64,000 nt of DNA from Macrostomum lignano (lineage: Eukaryota): positions 186,001-250,000 of the forward strand of contig NIVC01001134.1 in the NCBI GenBank assembly GCA_002269645.1. The letters run 5' to 3'. Every line of letters begins with the position of its first letter. Position 1 is the first letter of the stretch. The position numbers and the translations under genes were made by a program. A model generated the notes under the pieces. That model made no database searches and was not told the DNA's origin. It saw nothing but the letters and a program-made list of their open reading frames with translations. Positions 48,211-62,000 of this stretch are shown here, piece by piece.

Positions 48211-49279
48211 TTACCAACTCTCGTGGAAGAACTCTCGGATCTCGGCCTCGGACATGACGCTCGTGGACATCGCAATGGCGCGCACTGTTCCTTTAAACAC
48301 CCGGGCATCATCGTTTAGTCGCTTGCCGAACCGGAAGCAGCTCGGTGAGATAAAAGCGAAATCGGTTGACGAAGTGACAGAAACAGTGGACGGAGGCAGG
48401 AAGCCGCTTCCCAGGAACATTCCCCAAGAGTCAGCTGAAGGCGTTGATGTGAAACCCAGGTTCACCCACTCACTGGCGTTCGAAGTCATTGGATAATTTG
48501 AGGCCATGAAAACCTGTGGAACGCTGCTGGCTTGAGTCTTCACCAGGGCGTACGGTTTTAAAGCTTCGTTGTGTTCCCAAATGTGGCTATAAAACCGACC
48601 GGTAGCAAAGTTCGAGCAATCAAGGAACTCAAAGAAGGGCTGCACCTTCGGCTGCCGCTTCATCCTGAGCAGCACCGTGACGCCTGTGCCGAACCCGATG
48701 TCACTCTTGTTCATGGCCAGAAACGAGCTGCTCCCATCGAACGCGGCGCCCTCCTCTGTCCACTGGACTCCGACCGGATAGATTCGGTTGGTCTCTTCGT
48801 CAGCCTGGCACACGACATTCTCAAATGCAGACATGTCGTCTCCAAGCCACACGTTTGTGAGCTTCGGGTTGAGCTGAGCCGGATATTTGATCGGAAACCG
48901 GAGGAGCACTCGGCAGTCGCTGCTCGCACCGCCAGAGACAAGGTCGCGACACACGGACTGGTAGCGGAAGAGACTGCAGCGGAGAGAGACCGGCTCGAAC
49001 TGGGCCACAATGATTCCGACTTTCTGCTTGTTGGACGCGATCACAGAGCAGTGCACTTCGCTGCTCGCCTGCGCTCGGTAAATCGCGGCGGCCTCAGACA
49101 GGCACCGCACCTGCATCTGAGTCCAGGTGTCTCCGGACCTGCACAGGCTGCATGTCAGATAGCCCAGCAGTAGTAGGACAAGGAAAATTGCATTTTCTAA
49201 AATGATAATTGGCGATTCCTGTACAGCTTAGAAAAGCTCCATGTGAATATTAAAAAGTATAAAATTTACCTGGTGCCAT
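48211..49279 (-). CDS. Secreted protein with a Cys-containing N-terminal module and a C-terminal LamG/concanavalin-A-like domain (~331 aa); exons 49279-49270, 49196-48211
   Basis: Spliced signal peptide MAPENAIFLVLLLLGYLTCSLC. LamG_3-like motifs GAAFDGSSSFL, WVNLGFT, FRFGKR..FKGTVRAIAMSTSVMSEAEIREFF. In frame (996 nt). Confidence 0.65.
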
Positions 49280-51699
49280 TTCCTGCAAGAGAGTTAGGAA
49301 TTTTACATGTGCTTACAGCATCTTTGTCGATTTTAATGCGTTGCTTTGCCCACTGTTAGCCAATTGGCTTAACCGCTTTCTATTGGCTGGAAATGCTGAT
49401 TCTCTTACCGTATGCTAGTAGCGCGTACACTAAGGGCCCTATTGAAGATGTCTTCTGTAATGAGTGAGTTAGCGCTCACTAAAATGAGTGATTCAGAAAG
49501 TTACCGTATACGCCTTTAAAATATTTCTTTTCACGAATGTCGAAGTTTTTGATTGTCTTGTCTGGCTATAGACGTGCACACTCTCTGTGCCTTTGGGTCG
49601 GCCCTCATGGCTGCTGTGAATCGCACGTGTGCAATTCTACTCCTGCGAGCGAGCTAATAATTCATTCTGCAAAATTTGCAGCCAATTTTATGAAAAAGCT
49701 GCTTTTCCAACAAGCAGCCAGCGCTGAATTTTTAATTGCGTGAATATTTCATAGAGGAGCGCTGGGCTGTTGTTAACAGCCTGCCGTTAACTGGAAAACT
49801 TCAGCTGGGCTTTCTGAATAAGGCAATTGGAGGCGGCGGGATACTGCATGCTGTGAGGATTTTTCAGCAAAGAATGCTTTAGTATTAGCTGTCCTATAAG
49901 CACAATATATAGAACTTTTTATGCATTGTGGAATATACTTTTAAGCAAAGCTCAATAAAGTAAAAAACCCAATGCAATGCAGCACAAAATAATATAGGCT
50001 CAACGGACGCTTTCTCCACACTCGTGTACTCACCCGAGGTAAGACTTCTCAATGGGTCCCAAATTATAATGTCAGAAGCTCCGTCTATTACAAGAATCGG
50101 TTAGTTAGGCTGTAGCTGAATACAAATTATTATGACAAAGTTTTGTTGTTGTGGAATAATTTGGGTATCAAATACAACATCCAAAAAGAGGAACCTCAAA
50201 ACTTTCAAGAATAAAATCTTTTCTCAGAAGTAGAAAGTGCAAAATTAGTAGAATACTTGTATCTGTGCTCTTTAATATCCGAGTATAACATTAATATTGC
50301 AAAGATTTTAGAGGTCTACAAAATATATTTACAAGTATATAAAAATATCCACTCCGGATGTCAACCGGGACGGGAGCATTCACCATGACAGCGTGGTGCT
50401 TGACTTGGCCAGCACGATCACGTACAGCGTCGCTCGCATCGTTCCCGCGGCTCGGGCGTTGGCAGCTAGAGTCACCGTTTCCCGACGAGCTGACAGTCCC
50501 GCTGGGCCTGGCCGTGAGCTGCTGCCGTCGCTTCCTGCATGGTCCTCTTGCAGCACGATTATGGTGTGGGCGGATGGGGTTTCTTGGAGTACATGTCCAT
50601 GTATTTTGGGGTTACATAATGGGGAAGTGGGGAAACGCGGGTACAAACTGACAGAGCGAGTCTATAAAGGTTGCATGACTCAGCGGACACACGTGTATCA
50701 TGCACTTTGTACGTTATACAACGCAGGCACAACAAAAACATCATATATTTATTTACATGTACATGTACATGTACATATTCAGCGTCTACGTGTTGCATCA
50801 CCCTATATGTACATGTATATGTATATGTTCATTCAGGCTATAGTGTGACCTATGTAGTGTGGTCAAAGTATTTCAGCTGCTTTTAACAGATTACATGATA
50901 TGCATATGCAGAGGGTATTCTTCCTATAGCTACGTGTACATGTAGCTACATGTACAGCACAGTAGGAAGTAGAAAACTACATGTTTTACGTATCATACTA
51001 ACTGTACATGTAAGTCTATAGTTCTTTTGTTATCTGTTGCGTTGTCCTATAACCACTAAATGCCACCTGCTATTTCTGCGACATAATAATGCATTGATAC
51101 GAATCGGAATGATTTCGTGCTTGAGCTCCCGTCGATTCATCCCACACACGCGCAAGGAGTCAATTGTATCAATCAAAACTGTTATTTAAAACTGTTGAGG
51201 GTTAGGTGACCGGAGATGGTAAAGATGAGTGCGCACCTGCCACCTGGGATTAGTATTGCTGGAGCCAACGCTAGACGCACGGACCAGTACTTTTCTGCTT
51301 TACCGGAAATATTTTTAGTAAGTGGCTTAACAAACATTAACTCTACCTATACAGTATTATCGGTAAGAAGATTTATAATACCTCCGAAAATCAAATATTT
51401 ATTAAGGTTCGCAGACTCTTTTAAAGTTTTTGCCTAAATCAGTTTACACAAGCCCCAATACGGTACAATTCGATTTAATTTTGACTCGGAAATTTAGTTC
51501 GTCATGCGGGCCGCGATGACGGTTGTTCATGGTGAGATAGAGTATTACTAAAATTGAATTAGGCCTATAAAGCTAGGAAAGTTAGCGGAGGTATACAAGC
51601 TGTAGAGTTTTATTTTAGTAAGCAAAAGCATTTGTTTTTGGGAATTCCAGAACTATAATTAATTCTTTCTTTTTATTATTGATTTTATAAAATTTCAAT

Positions 51700-54600
51700 A
51701 TGGCCCAAACAACCAAAGAGCGACAGATTCGAAGGGAAATTGATGAGGTAAGCCAAGTGTGTAGGACAGTTTACACTTTCCAGGTGTGCTAGGCCTGAAT
51801 ATAATATTATCTCTAATGGCCAAATTGTAGGTATAACTGCTGCTAGCACCCAGTAATTTAACTGTTGCACTATGCCTAAGTACTCATTGATCATCTAATC
51901 AAACTGGTAGGCCCTGGTCAATAGGTCAAAATAAAGTCCTATTTCATGCACCAAAATTTTATTAGGGTGCACACTAGTCTGGCCAATGTGTAAAGCATAG
52001 CACTTAGAAATGCAGGTGATAGTACCAGTTAAAGATCAAATTATAGCAACCTCGACCTTGCTGCCAATTATCACTTGGCATATTTTCCAGGCACTTACAT
52101 CTTGACTAATGGCTGGCAAGCATGCAACTAGCAGCCTAACCAAAGTGTTATGAACCCTTTGGTTGCACTTTGTGAACTTGCAAGATGTGACAATTTATAC
52201 AAATCTTATTTAAGGCACATTGGGCTCATGCCAAGCTTGTTTTTGCATTATGCATGGCAAAGGTACTGCAATATTAGAGTCATGTCTTTAAGAATTCCTC
52301 TGGTACAAGATGTGCCCATAAAATGTGTTTGCCAATATCATGTATTAGATTGGGTGCTGTCTATTATCCCTGAATAGACCTAGATGCAAGCAACTAAGTT
52401 ATTAGACTCAATTTATTCATAGTTTATTAGTTCATTTTCAGTCATGTTTTGCCATTAAAAATGACATTGCATGAATTCAAGTTTAGTGAATGATTCTAGA
52501 AGATTGTGAGCTTACTGTCTAAAAAATTATCAATAATTGCTGCTTTAATTAGTACTTCAATTCTGTGTATAGTTAGTATACTCTAAAAACTAATATATTA
52601 AATTTCAAATAATTAGTAATTAATAATAGACCTAATACTAACAATTTGTACCAATAATTATTTAATTAGTATACTTTAATTAGTAAATAAATATGCTTAA
52701 GATTAAAATACCATTAAAAACCCTAAGTATTTTCATGGTAAAAATTTTATGACTGATAATACCAAATGCATTAATTAATCAAAGTAAAGATAATATGAGA
52801 CTTATGAGTAAATAATCATATAATAATAAAAATGCTCAAATATTATTTAAGGTCATGAATTGGTTCAAGTCAACAAGGCTAAAAAGTCAAAGTTCAAAAA
52901 TGTTTTTAAAGTTCTAAAAAATAGGCAAATGAAAGTCTAGGAAGTATAACATTTTCTATGCAAATTTTTCTTGAAGGTCCAGATACTTGTATTTAATTGA
53001 ATTTTTCTTTACAACTTCTCATTTTAGTCCTTTCGGCCTCTGTTTGAAAGGGTAAGTTTAATTTTAAATTACTTTTTTGGATGACTAATCTGGTAATATC
53101 AGTAGTTTAGTGACTTGTTACAATACTTTACTTGGGGTGATTGTTAATATTCAGGACAATCGTTAGTAATATTCAGGGCGATTGTTAGCAATATTCAGTG
53201 CGATTGTTAGCAACATTCAGTGTGATTGTTAGCAATATTCAGTGCGATTGTTAGCAATATTCAGTGCGATTGTTAGCAATATTCAGGGTGATTGTTAGTA
53301 ATATTCATTTAGGGCAATTGTTACAAAGAAAACATTATAAGCTGTTTAAGGCTGATTCTTACACAATGATTTAACAGCTGCTCTACCATGGTGGGTTATA
53401 AAGCACTCTGCAGAACCCCCGTTCCCTCATCATTGACCCCCTATCCCGCACCATTGGCCCCCTATCCCGCACCATTGACCCCCTATTCCGCACCATTAAC
53501 CCACTCTCCTGCACCATTGACCCCCTATCACGCACCATTAACCCATTAACCCTCTCCCGCACATTGACCCCCTATTCTGCACCATTAACCCACTCTCCCT
53601 CACCATTGACCCCTATCCCGCACCATTGACCCCCTCTCCCTCACCATTGACCCCCTCTCCCGCACCTTTGACCCCTCTCCCGCACCATTGACCCCTCTCC
53701 TGCACCATTGACCTCTCTCCTGCACCATTGACCCCTCTCCCACACCATTGACCCCCTATCCCGCACCATTGACCCCCTATCCCGCACCATTGACCCCTCT
53801 TCTGCACCATTGACCCCCTATCCCGCACCATTGACCCCCTATCCCGCACCATTGACCCCTCTTCTGCACCATTGACCCCCTATCCCGCACCATTGACCCC
53901 CTATCCCGCACCATTGATCCCCTCTCTCGCAGCATGGACCCCCTCTCCCTCACCATTGACCCCTCTCCCGCACCTTTGACCCCTCTCCCGCACCATTGAC
54001 CCCTCTCCCGCACCATTGACCCCTCTCCTGCACCATTGACCCCTCTCCCGCACCATTGACCCCTCTCCTGCACCATTGACCCCTCTTCTGCACCATTGAC
54101 CCCTCTCCTGCACCATTGACCCCTCTCCTGCACCATTGACTCCTCTCCCGCACCATTGACCCCCCCCCACAGTACGAGGCGGACCCGAGCAACGCGGAGG
54201 GGGTGCCGATGGCGCAGCTGTCGGAGCGGCTGCTGGAGTCCAGCACGCTGCCCCGGATGCGCATCAACGCCATGCTACGCCGCGCTGACGCCGACGCCAA
54301 CAACAGGATCACCTACGGCGAGTTCGTTGTCGAGATGACCAGGGCGGACGACGACACGAGACGCCGGATGGGCATCGGCAGGCGCTTCATCAACCGGGCG
54401 GTGCTCACGGCCGTGCCCGGACACCGGCCGCGCACCGTGGACTCGCCGGACACATTCTCGCCCTGGGGTGAGCAGGCCGAGATGGAGTCCTTCAGCGACG
54501 CCTACGACTGCCGGCCGCCGCCGATCTTCATCCCGCTGATCACCGCGGCCGAGATCGCCGTGTTTCTCTACTACGCCCTGGAGCCGGCCAGCCGGGCCAA

Positions 54601-57488
54601 GTGGCCAGTGACCGCCAGCTCCGGCTGCCCGATGGACTCGCCGCTGCTGTACGATCCGAGAAAGCGCTGGGAGGCGTGGCGCTTTCTGAGCTACATGCTG
54701 CTGCATAACGGGTGAGCGAGTAGGGTTTTGTAGATTGTGCACCTTGTTTCAAACCCGCGAAGGTCTGCCTAGTCGGTTGCACAATTAACAAATGTTACAA
54801 GCGTGCAGAAATCTAGTTTGATTTGTTTATATATTTGTACAGCGCAGAATCGCCATCCTTGGAGTAGCCAAGGAAACGTCTGCTTAATATCACCCCTTAT
54901 CACCCGGAGTCCAGATTAAATTCCCGGAATCGCCCTGAACCCCATCCTCTGAATCGCCCCTGAACCCTAATAATTTTCTGAATCGCCCTGAAACCCATCC
55001 TCTGAATCTGAATCGCCCTGAACCCCATCCTCTGAATCGCCCTAAACCCCATCCTCTGAATCGCCCTGAACCCCGTCCTTTGAATCGCCCTGAACCCCAT
55101 CCTCTGAATCACCCTGAACCCCATCCTCTGAATCGCCCTGAACCCCATCCTCTGAATCGCCCTGAACCCCATCCTCTGAATCGCCCTGAACCCCATCCTC
55201 TGAATCGCCCTAAACCCCATCCTCAGAATCGCCCTGAACCCCATCCTCTGAATCTGAATCGCCCTGAATCCCATCCTCTGAATCGCCCTAAACCCCATCC
55301 TCTGAATCGCCCTGAACCCCATCCTCTGAATCTGAATCGCCCTGAACCCCATCCTCTGAATCGCCCTGAACCCCATCCTCTGAATCTGAATCGCCCTGAA
55401 CCCCATCCTCTGAATCGCCCTGAACCCCATCCTCTGAATCGCCCTAAACCCCATCCTCTGAATCGCCCTGAACCCCATCCTCTGAATCGCCCTGAACCCC
55501 ATCCTCTGAATCGCCCTAAACCCCATCCTCTGAATCGCCCTAAACCCCATCCTCTGAATCGCCCTGAACCCCATCCTCTGAATCGCCCTGAACCCCATCC
55601 TCTGAATCGCCCTAAACCCCATCCTCAGAATCGCCCTGAACCCCATCCTCAGAATCGCCCTAAACCCCATCCTCTGAATCGCCCTAAACCCCATCCTCAG
55701 AATCGCCCTGAACCCCATCCTCTGAATCTGAATCGCCCTGAACCCCATCCTCAGAATCGCCCTGAACCCCATCCTCTGAATCGCCCTGAACCCCATCCTC
55801 TGAATCGCCCTGAACCCCATCCTCTGAATCGCCCTGAGCCCCATCCTCTGAATCGCCCTTAACCCCATCCTCTGAATCGCCCTGAACCTCATCCTCTGAA
55901 TCTGAATCCCCCTGAACCCCATCCTCAGAATCGCCCTAAACCCCATCCTCTGAATCGCCCTGAACCCCATCCTCTAAATCGCCCTGAACCCCGTCCTTTG
56001 AATCGCCCTGAACCCCATCCTCTGAATCGCCCTGAACCACGTCCTTTGAATCGCCCTGAACCCCATCCTCTGAATCGCCCTGAACCCCGTCCTTTGAATC
56101 GCCCTGAACCCCATCCTCTGAATCGCCCTGAACCACGTCCTTTGAATCGCCCTAAACCCCATCCTCTGAATCGCCCTGAACCCCGTCCTTTGAATCGCCC
56201 TAAACCCCATCCTCTGAATCGCCCTAAACCCCATCCTCTGAATCGCCCTGAACCCCATCCTCTGAATCGCCCTGAACCCCGTCCTTTGAATCGCCCTAAA
56301 CCCCATCCTCTAAATCGCCCTAAACCCCATCCTCTGAATCTGAATCGCCCTAAACCCCATCCTCTGAATCGCCCTGAACCCCGTCCTTTGAATCGCCCTA
56401 AACCCCATCCTCTGAATCGCCCTAAACCCCATCCTCTGAATCGCCCTGAACCCCATCCTCTGAATCGCCCTGAACCCCATCCTCTAAATCGCCCTGAACA
56501 TCTTCCTTAACCCTTGCAGCTACATCCACCTGATCTTCAACTGCCTGGTGCAGCTCATCCTCGGTGTCCTGCTAGAGCTGGTGCACAAACTCTGGCGCGT
56601 CGGCCCCGTGTACCTGCTCGGTGTGGTCGCGGGTTCGCTCGCCAGCTCCTGCTTCGATCCGCGCATCGCTCTGGTTGGCGCCTCGGGCGGCTGCTACGCT
56701 TTGATTGGCGCGCATTTTGCCAACGTGCTGCTGAACTGGGAGGAGATGCAGCACGACTGGCTGAAGAATCCCGTCAGTTTCTTCGGCAGCGGCGTGTTCC
56801 GCCTGATCGTGCTGCTGCTGCTAGCCGGGGGCGACACCGGCCTGGCCGTGTACAACCGCTTCTTCATTGACACCCGCTCGCAGACCAGCTTTGCCGCTCA
56901 TGGTGGCGGCTTTGTGGCCGGTTAGTCTTTGTCAGCTATTAGCTACCTGTACTGGTTGGGGCCGGTTAGTCTTTGTCAGCTATTAGCTACCTGTACTGGT
57001 TGGGGCCGGTTAGTCTTTGTCAGCTATTAGCTACCTGTACTGGTTGTGGCAGGTTAGTCTTTGTCAGCTATTAGCTACCTGTACTGGTTGTGGCCGGTTA
57101 GTCATTGTCACCTATTATTAGCTACCTGTACTGGTTGTGGCCAACAAAGATCAACAAAGACCATTCAAATTCAGTTTGTATTTGTATTTAAACGACTACA
57201 ACTCAGTATCAGTTATCGTGTTGCACAAAGACTTTGAATGAGATCTCTTCCCCCGCCTTTCCAACAGGCCTATTAATCGGAGTCCCGCTACTCCGCAACA
57301 TAGACGTGAAGCAATGGGAGAGAGTGATGTTCTGGATCTTCCTGGTGCTCTACGTCCTGCTAATGACGGCCGGCATCATGTTCAACATCTTCTGCGGCAA
57401 CGAGGGCGTGGATTTGTGCTACGGACCGCCCAGGCCGACGCCCAACAGCCTGCTGCAGTTTGCCACGCGGCCTCCGCCTGTGCGATAA
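51700..57488 (+). CDS. Rhomboid intramembrane serine protease with N-terminal EF-hand (RHBDL3/rhomboid-4-like, 410 aa); exons 51700-51747, 53028-53051, 54173-54711, 56520-56920, 57268-57488
   Basis: EF-hand-like ADADANNRITYGEF. Motifs YDCRPPPIFI, EAWRFLSYMLLHNGYIHLIFN, catalytic GASGG and AHGGG. Junctions are GT-AG and in frame (1233 nt). The first two exons are less certain than the last three. Confidence 0.92.
53140..53300. repeat. 22-bp minisatellite (gattgttagcaatattcagtgc) in rhomboid intron 2
   Basis: About 7 units. Confidence 0.9.
53430..54165. repeat. 20-21-bp minisatellite (gcaccattgacccctctccc) ending at the acceptor of rhomboid exon 3
   Basis: Direct tandem units. Confidence 0.95.
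54915..56500. repeat. 24-bp minisatellite (gaatcgccctgaaccccatcctct) in rhomboid intron 3
   Basis: About 65 units. Confidence 0.95.
56916..57140. repeat. 44-bp repeat that contains the exon 4 end and 5' splice site of the rhomboid gene
   Basis: About 5 copies of ggccg|gttagtctttgtcagctattagctacctgtactggttgt. Confidence 0.95.
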
Positions 57489-57639
57489 GGATGGCTGGCC
57501 CGTCTGGCTGACCGGCTTAGCAACTGCCCGGTCTGCTCAGCCATTCGTGTGCACTGTTTTAGTGATTTTTAGTAACTCTGCCATTGTTATTTATAAATTT
57601 ATTTAGTTCAAGATTTTGACGCGTTAGAAGTACGATTTG

Positions 57640-57920
57640 TTTTGAGGTCAACTAACCCGCTCGATACAACTGAAGGTCACCTGGATAATCATTGTAGGTC
57701 TACTGACCCCTTCTGGGCATGGGCACTTGAAGGTCAACTGACCCTTATGGACACTTAATGGTCAACTGTCCCCTTCTGGACACTTGAAGGTCAACTTACC
57801 CCTTCTGGACACTTAAAGGTCAACTGACCCTTATGGACACTTAAAGGTTAACTGACCCTTTCTAGACACTTGAAGGTCAACTTACCCTTCTGGACACTTG
57901 AAGGTCAACTTACCCCTTCT
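57640..57920. repeat. Degenerate ~30-bp repeat with an aggtcaactgaccc core
   Basis: About 10 units downstream of the rhomboid stop codon. Confidence 0.85.
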
Positions 57921-59065
57921 ACGTTTATTTAATCTGATATTATCCGATTGAGCTCAGTTGGAAATGCTAGACTCATTTTCTTATTATAATCATAGCCGTT
58001 TTTCCAATATTGCTGTTTTTACTGGACCAATGCGGCCAATGCTTTGCTTTCTGCTCAGTAACATTATCGAATCTCGCGCTTCCACCACAGTAATCGCTGC
58101 TGTGTGTACTTTTAGTTAAAAAACCGACATTCCCATTATTTTAAACTGTTTACCTTTTTTCCCGAGTTTTTTGTGTGTGCTTCCAATTACAACTCCGAGC
58201 CAAATCACTCGTTTTGATTGTCTAACCTGTCTGCCGTTTTACCAAATCCTCACGTTTTTTTAGTTGCTATTTGTAACCATGACAAGATCGCACTATATTG
58301 ACTCCCAGGATTTTATCAATTCCATTTTCCTACATTTTACAATAACAAAATATGATTAATTATAATTAGGTTTTGCGCATAATTTACTACTTGAGTGCCT
58401 TGCTGATTCAGTAAAATCATGACTTGGCGATTTCTTCTTTTCAATTTCATCTGCGTGGCATAATGCTCTGCATGCTACTCGCTAAAGTAGTAGCCTTAGA
58501 ACGTGTTAAAGGGCAGGACCAAATTTTTGTTAGCAAACAAATTTATTAATTGTGTAACCTTCAGATTTTATTATCATTAGTCAATATTCTAGATAGTAAA
58601 GCACTTTAATTAAAGCAGAATTTATTAATCATAAATACGCTCGTGTTGGATATCGGTGATGCGGCAATCATACAGTTAGTTACTAAGGCAACTAGGGTTA
58701 AGCTGCTTGCTAAACTTCAGGCTTGACTAAAATGAACACAACAGCAAAGGTGCGATAAGTTCCGTTTAGAGGGAAGGCCAGGCAGTGGTGGATGCTGAAA
58801 TTAAATAAAAAGGTAAAAGCGGCTGGTTTGAGAGAACAGAAAAAACACGCAAGAGATGTTGAATAAAGCGGGGAGCCGTCAGATTCCTCAGGAATCTGCA
58901 GCTGCTGTATCTAACACTGAAAAAAGAACAGATCGGAAGTTAATATCGTTAAACAGTTCGACGAAAATGTTTTCCTTCAAAATATAAAAATTAATAGCGA
59001 AGGTGAAAATAAGGTGGTCAGCGGAGAATACGTAGTCAGGGCCGCTGCTGCTGTTGCTAGGGCCG

Positions 59066-62000
59066 CTAATAGCCGGTGAGCTCGGCGAAGGTGGTGTCGA
59101 GCTCGTCGCTGATGCCCTTGTAGCGCTCCTTCTCCGAGAGCAGATCGTCTGCAGAGTTGATTGTTTTGATCATTCAGTGACTTGTACAATCAATCGTACA
59201 CGAATACTAATACATGTACTTTAACACAACTAAACAGCCGTCCACGTCTATAAATTTAAAGTTGTGTAACTATCAGTAGGTGCATACATATATGTACGAA
59301 TACATGTATATCGAGTGTGATGTATAAAGTTGGTCTAACAGGTACTATGAGTAGTACATGTTCATCTGAGCCAATTTTAACCACAGATTCTAAAGTAACT
59401 GGGCCACTCGGGCATATATACTTAGTAAAACAGCTTTCAACTTTCAGTTCAGTAGCAAAGAAGAAATATATACACGTTATTTTATAATAAATAATGACTT
59501 TGATAAGCTTAGAAGCCCAAGCTTGCAGGCATAAACAACTAATTGGTGTGGAAACACTAGGAAAGGCGCGGTTGGAGGATTTAGGCTGGGGTAAGAGTCG
59601 ATAATTAAAAATGAGCCTTGGGTTTAGAATACATTAAAATGCTTGTTTAACATCCTACTGAACTGAAAGTAGCTTACACGCAAATGTGCTGAGTGGCCCA
59701 GCCCATCTACGAGTTATTCTAGTAATTGTGGTTTTAACAAGTTCATAGACTTCCTCACTATTACGGTGGATTTTCGAAATATGACAATTTTTAGGCTTTT
59801 TGATCAAACTTCTTTATTCAACTACATGTACTTGTATTCTTCTCAAAGAAGCCAATCAATATGTTGGTGTTGAATGCTTTGATTTCAATTTAATTTCCAA
59901 ATATTTCCAGAGACTGAGCTTCAGTCCAGGACTTAGGTAGGACAGGAAACCTCCTTTCTTAGAATTCAAGGAATTCTAGATCTTAGAATTTCTCGGGTAG
60001 AACCAGCCTCAATTTTTTTCTAAGAAACGAAGTTTCCTCTCGTACTTAAGTCCTTGTGGGGGACAACATTTCGGGATTTCGTTGCAAGCAAATTTATTAC
60101 ATTTATAACGGGAATAACCTTTGTTACCCTCGGTGACACAGCTAGTCCAACTGGTTCCAGGAATTCTTAATGCATTTAGCAAAACACATCAGAGCCATGC
60201 AGGAGATGCAGCACATGCTCATCATTTATTACTCAGTCTCAAGCATTTGCTTTGCTAACGCATGAAGGTCAAAGCGAGCGACTAAGCTTAATGCTTTATT
60301 ATTAATAGTGTTATCTAAAGTCCATATTAATTATACAACTTATGCCTAGAGCTCGTAAAAAACGTAGAGCAAACACAATCGATACGAAAGCTAGGTAGGC
60401 CAGGTGAGTAGGAAAAGGTCTATTCCAATGAATGAACTTCGTTTGTTGAAAAAAACTACTTTGGTTGGGCAATAAAAATACCTCAGACTGAGCTTGGCTA
60501 CTCATGTCAAGTGCGGAACGGAGAAGTAAATAAAAGTTGGGGAGTACATGCGAGTAAATAAATGTGAATACTATTGTTGGGTTAATATAGGTACAGCTGG
60601 CAGAGCGATTTGCGTAATACTAGCAATCAGAAACATCAGAATAAGCTTTAGAAACCTCAGTCTCTTAAATCATCAACTAGTTCAAGCAGCTGGAGCTACT
60701 AGCAAACTGGGAGAAATCAATCAGATTTACTGATCACAAGACTGAAACACATTGATCTGTTAAATAGGTTCGGAGCTCAGTAAAACAGTTTCAAAGATAT
60801 AGTGTACATTTGAGGGGGAGGGGGGTCGAAAAAATGGGCTGGTCGAGAGTGACTGTACATTGGGGGTGGGGTTGAAACTGAACTGGTCAGGAGTGAGTGT
60901 ACATAGGAGGTTGAAACTGGGCTAGTCGAGAGAGTGTACATTTAGATGGGTTGACGTTGAAACTGGGCTGGTCGGGAGAGAGTGTACATTGAGGGGGGTG
61001 AAGTTAAAACTGGGCTGGTCGGGAGAGAGTGTACATTGAGGGGGGTGAAGTTAAAACTGGGCTGGTCGGGAGAGTGTACATTGAGGGGGGTGAAGTTAAA
61101 ACTGGGCTGGTCGGGAGAGAGTGTACATTGAGGGGGGTGAAGTTGAAACTGGGCTGGTCGGGAGAGAGTGTACATTGAGGGGGGTGAAGTTAAAACTGGG
61201 CTGGTCGGGAGAGAGTGTACATTTATATGGGTTGAAGTTGAAACTGGGTTTGGTCGGGAGGGTGTACATTGAGGGGAGGGGTTGAAACTGGACTGTTTAG
61301 GAGTGTATATTGGAGTGGGTTGAAACTGGGCTGGTCGGGAGGAAGTGCATGAATATATAATTCTTAAGCCAGGCTCCTTTCCACCAGACCTTAAGTCCAG
61401 ATGTGACATAGCACATTTATAAACTTCTGCCAAACCCTAGCATTTAAACCAACGACAGATAATAACCTTTTTAACATTTTGGCAGAATATTGAATTAAAA
61501 AACAGAACTATAAAAACAGCTAATTTGTTTTTAAAAATCCTAATCGTAATTAGTGTTGCTTAGTGACTAATTAAATAAAAATGAATTGATACGAAACGAA
61601 AAAGCAGGCATACATGATTAATACCAATAGAAGTTATAGGTAAATTTGAACAAATTGAAAAATTAGTTTGCTAGCAATGCAATGCACAAGGCCGCAGTGA
61701 TTCAGCACTGGGTTATTAGACGGGAGTTCAGCTGGAGTTCGCGCAATGCATGCCGTACCAATGGCAGCAATTTCGGGAATAGCAAAAACAGACCAAGGCA
61801 GCAGACCGACACCGCATACTACTGTTAAAGGCTACTCATACACGATAAGCAACGTGTTATTGAAAAAGCTCCTTTCCTAGAATGCCTTACAGGCTGGAAA
61901 TTTGCACAAATGGCTACTTTCAGTAGCTGCAGGGAATCATTATATTGCCACAAAACTATGGGAGAGCAAAACAAACGTCAAAAGTCCGTGCTCAGATGGG

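Noticed and set aside
50358-50650. GC-rich island with short ORFs on both strands
   Set aside because: No recognisable domain or splice-consistent model; possibly a decayed TE fragment.
60311-60505. 64-aa hydrophobic ORF inside a tropomyosin intron as a possible third terminal exon
   Set aside because: No phase-compatible acceptor, no coiled-coil character, and AT-rich composition unlike the real exons.
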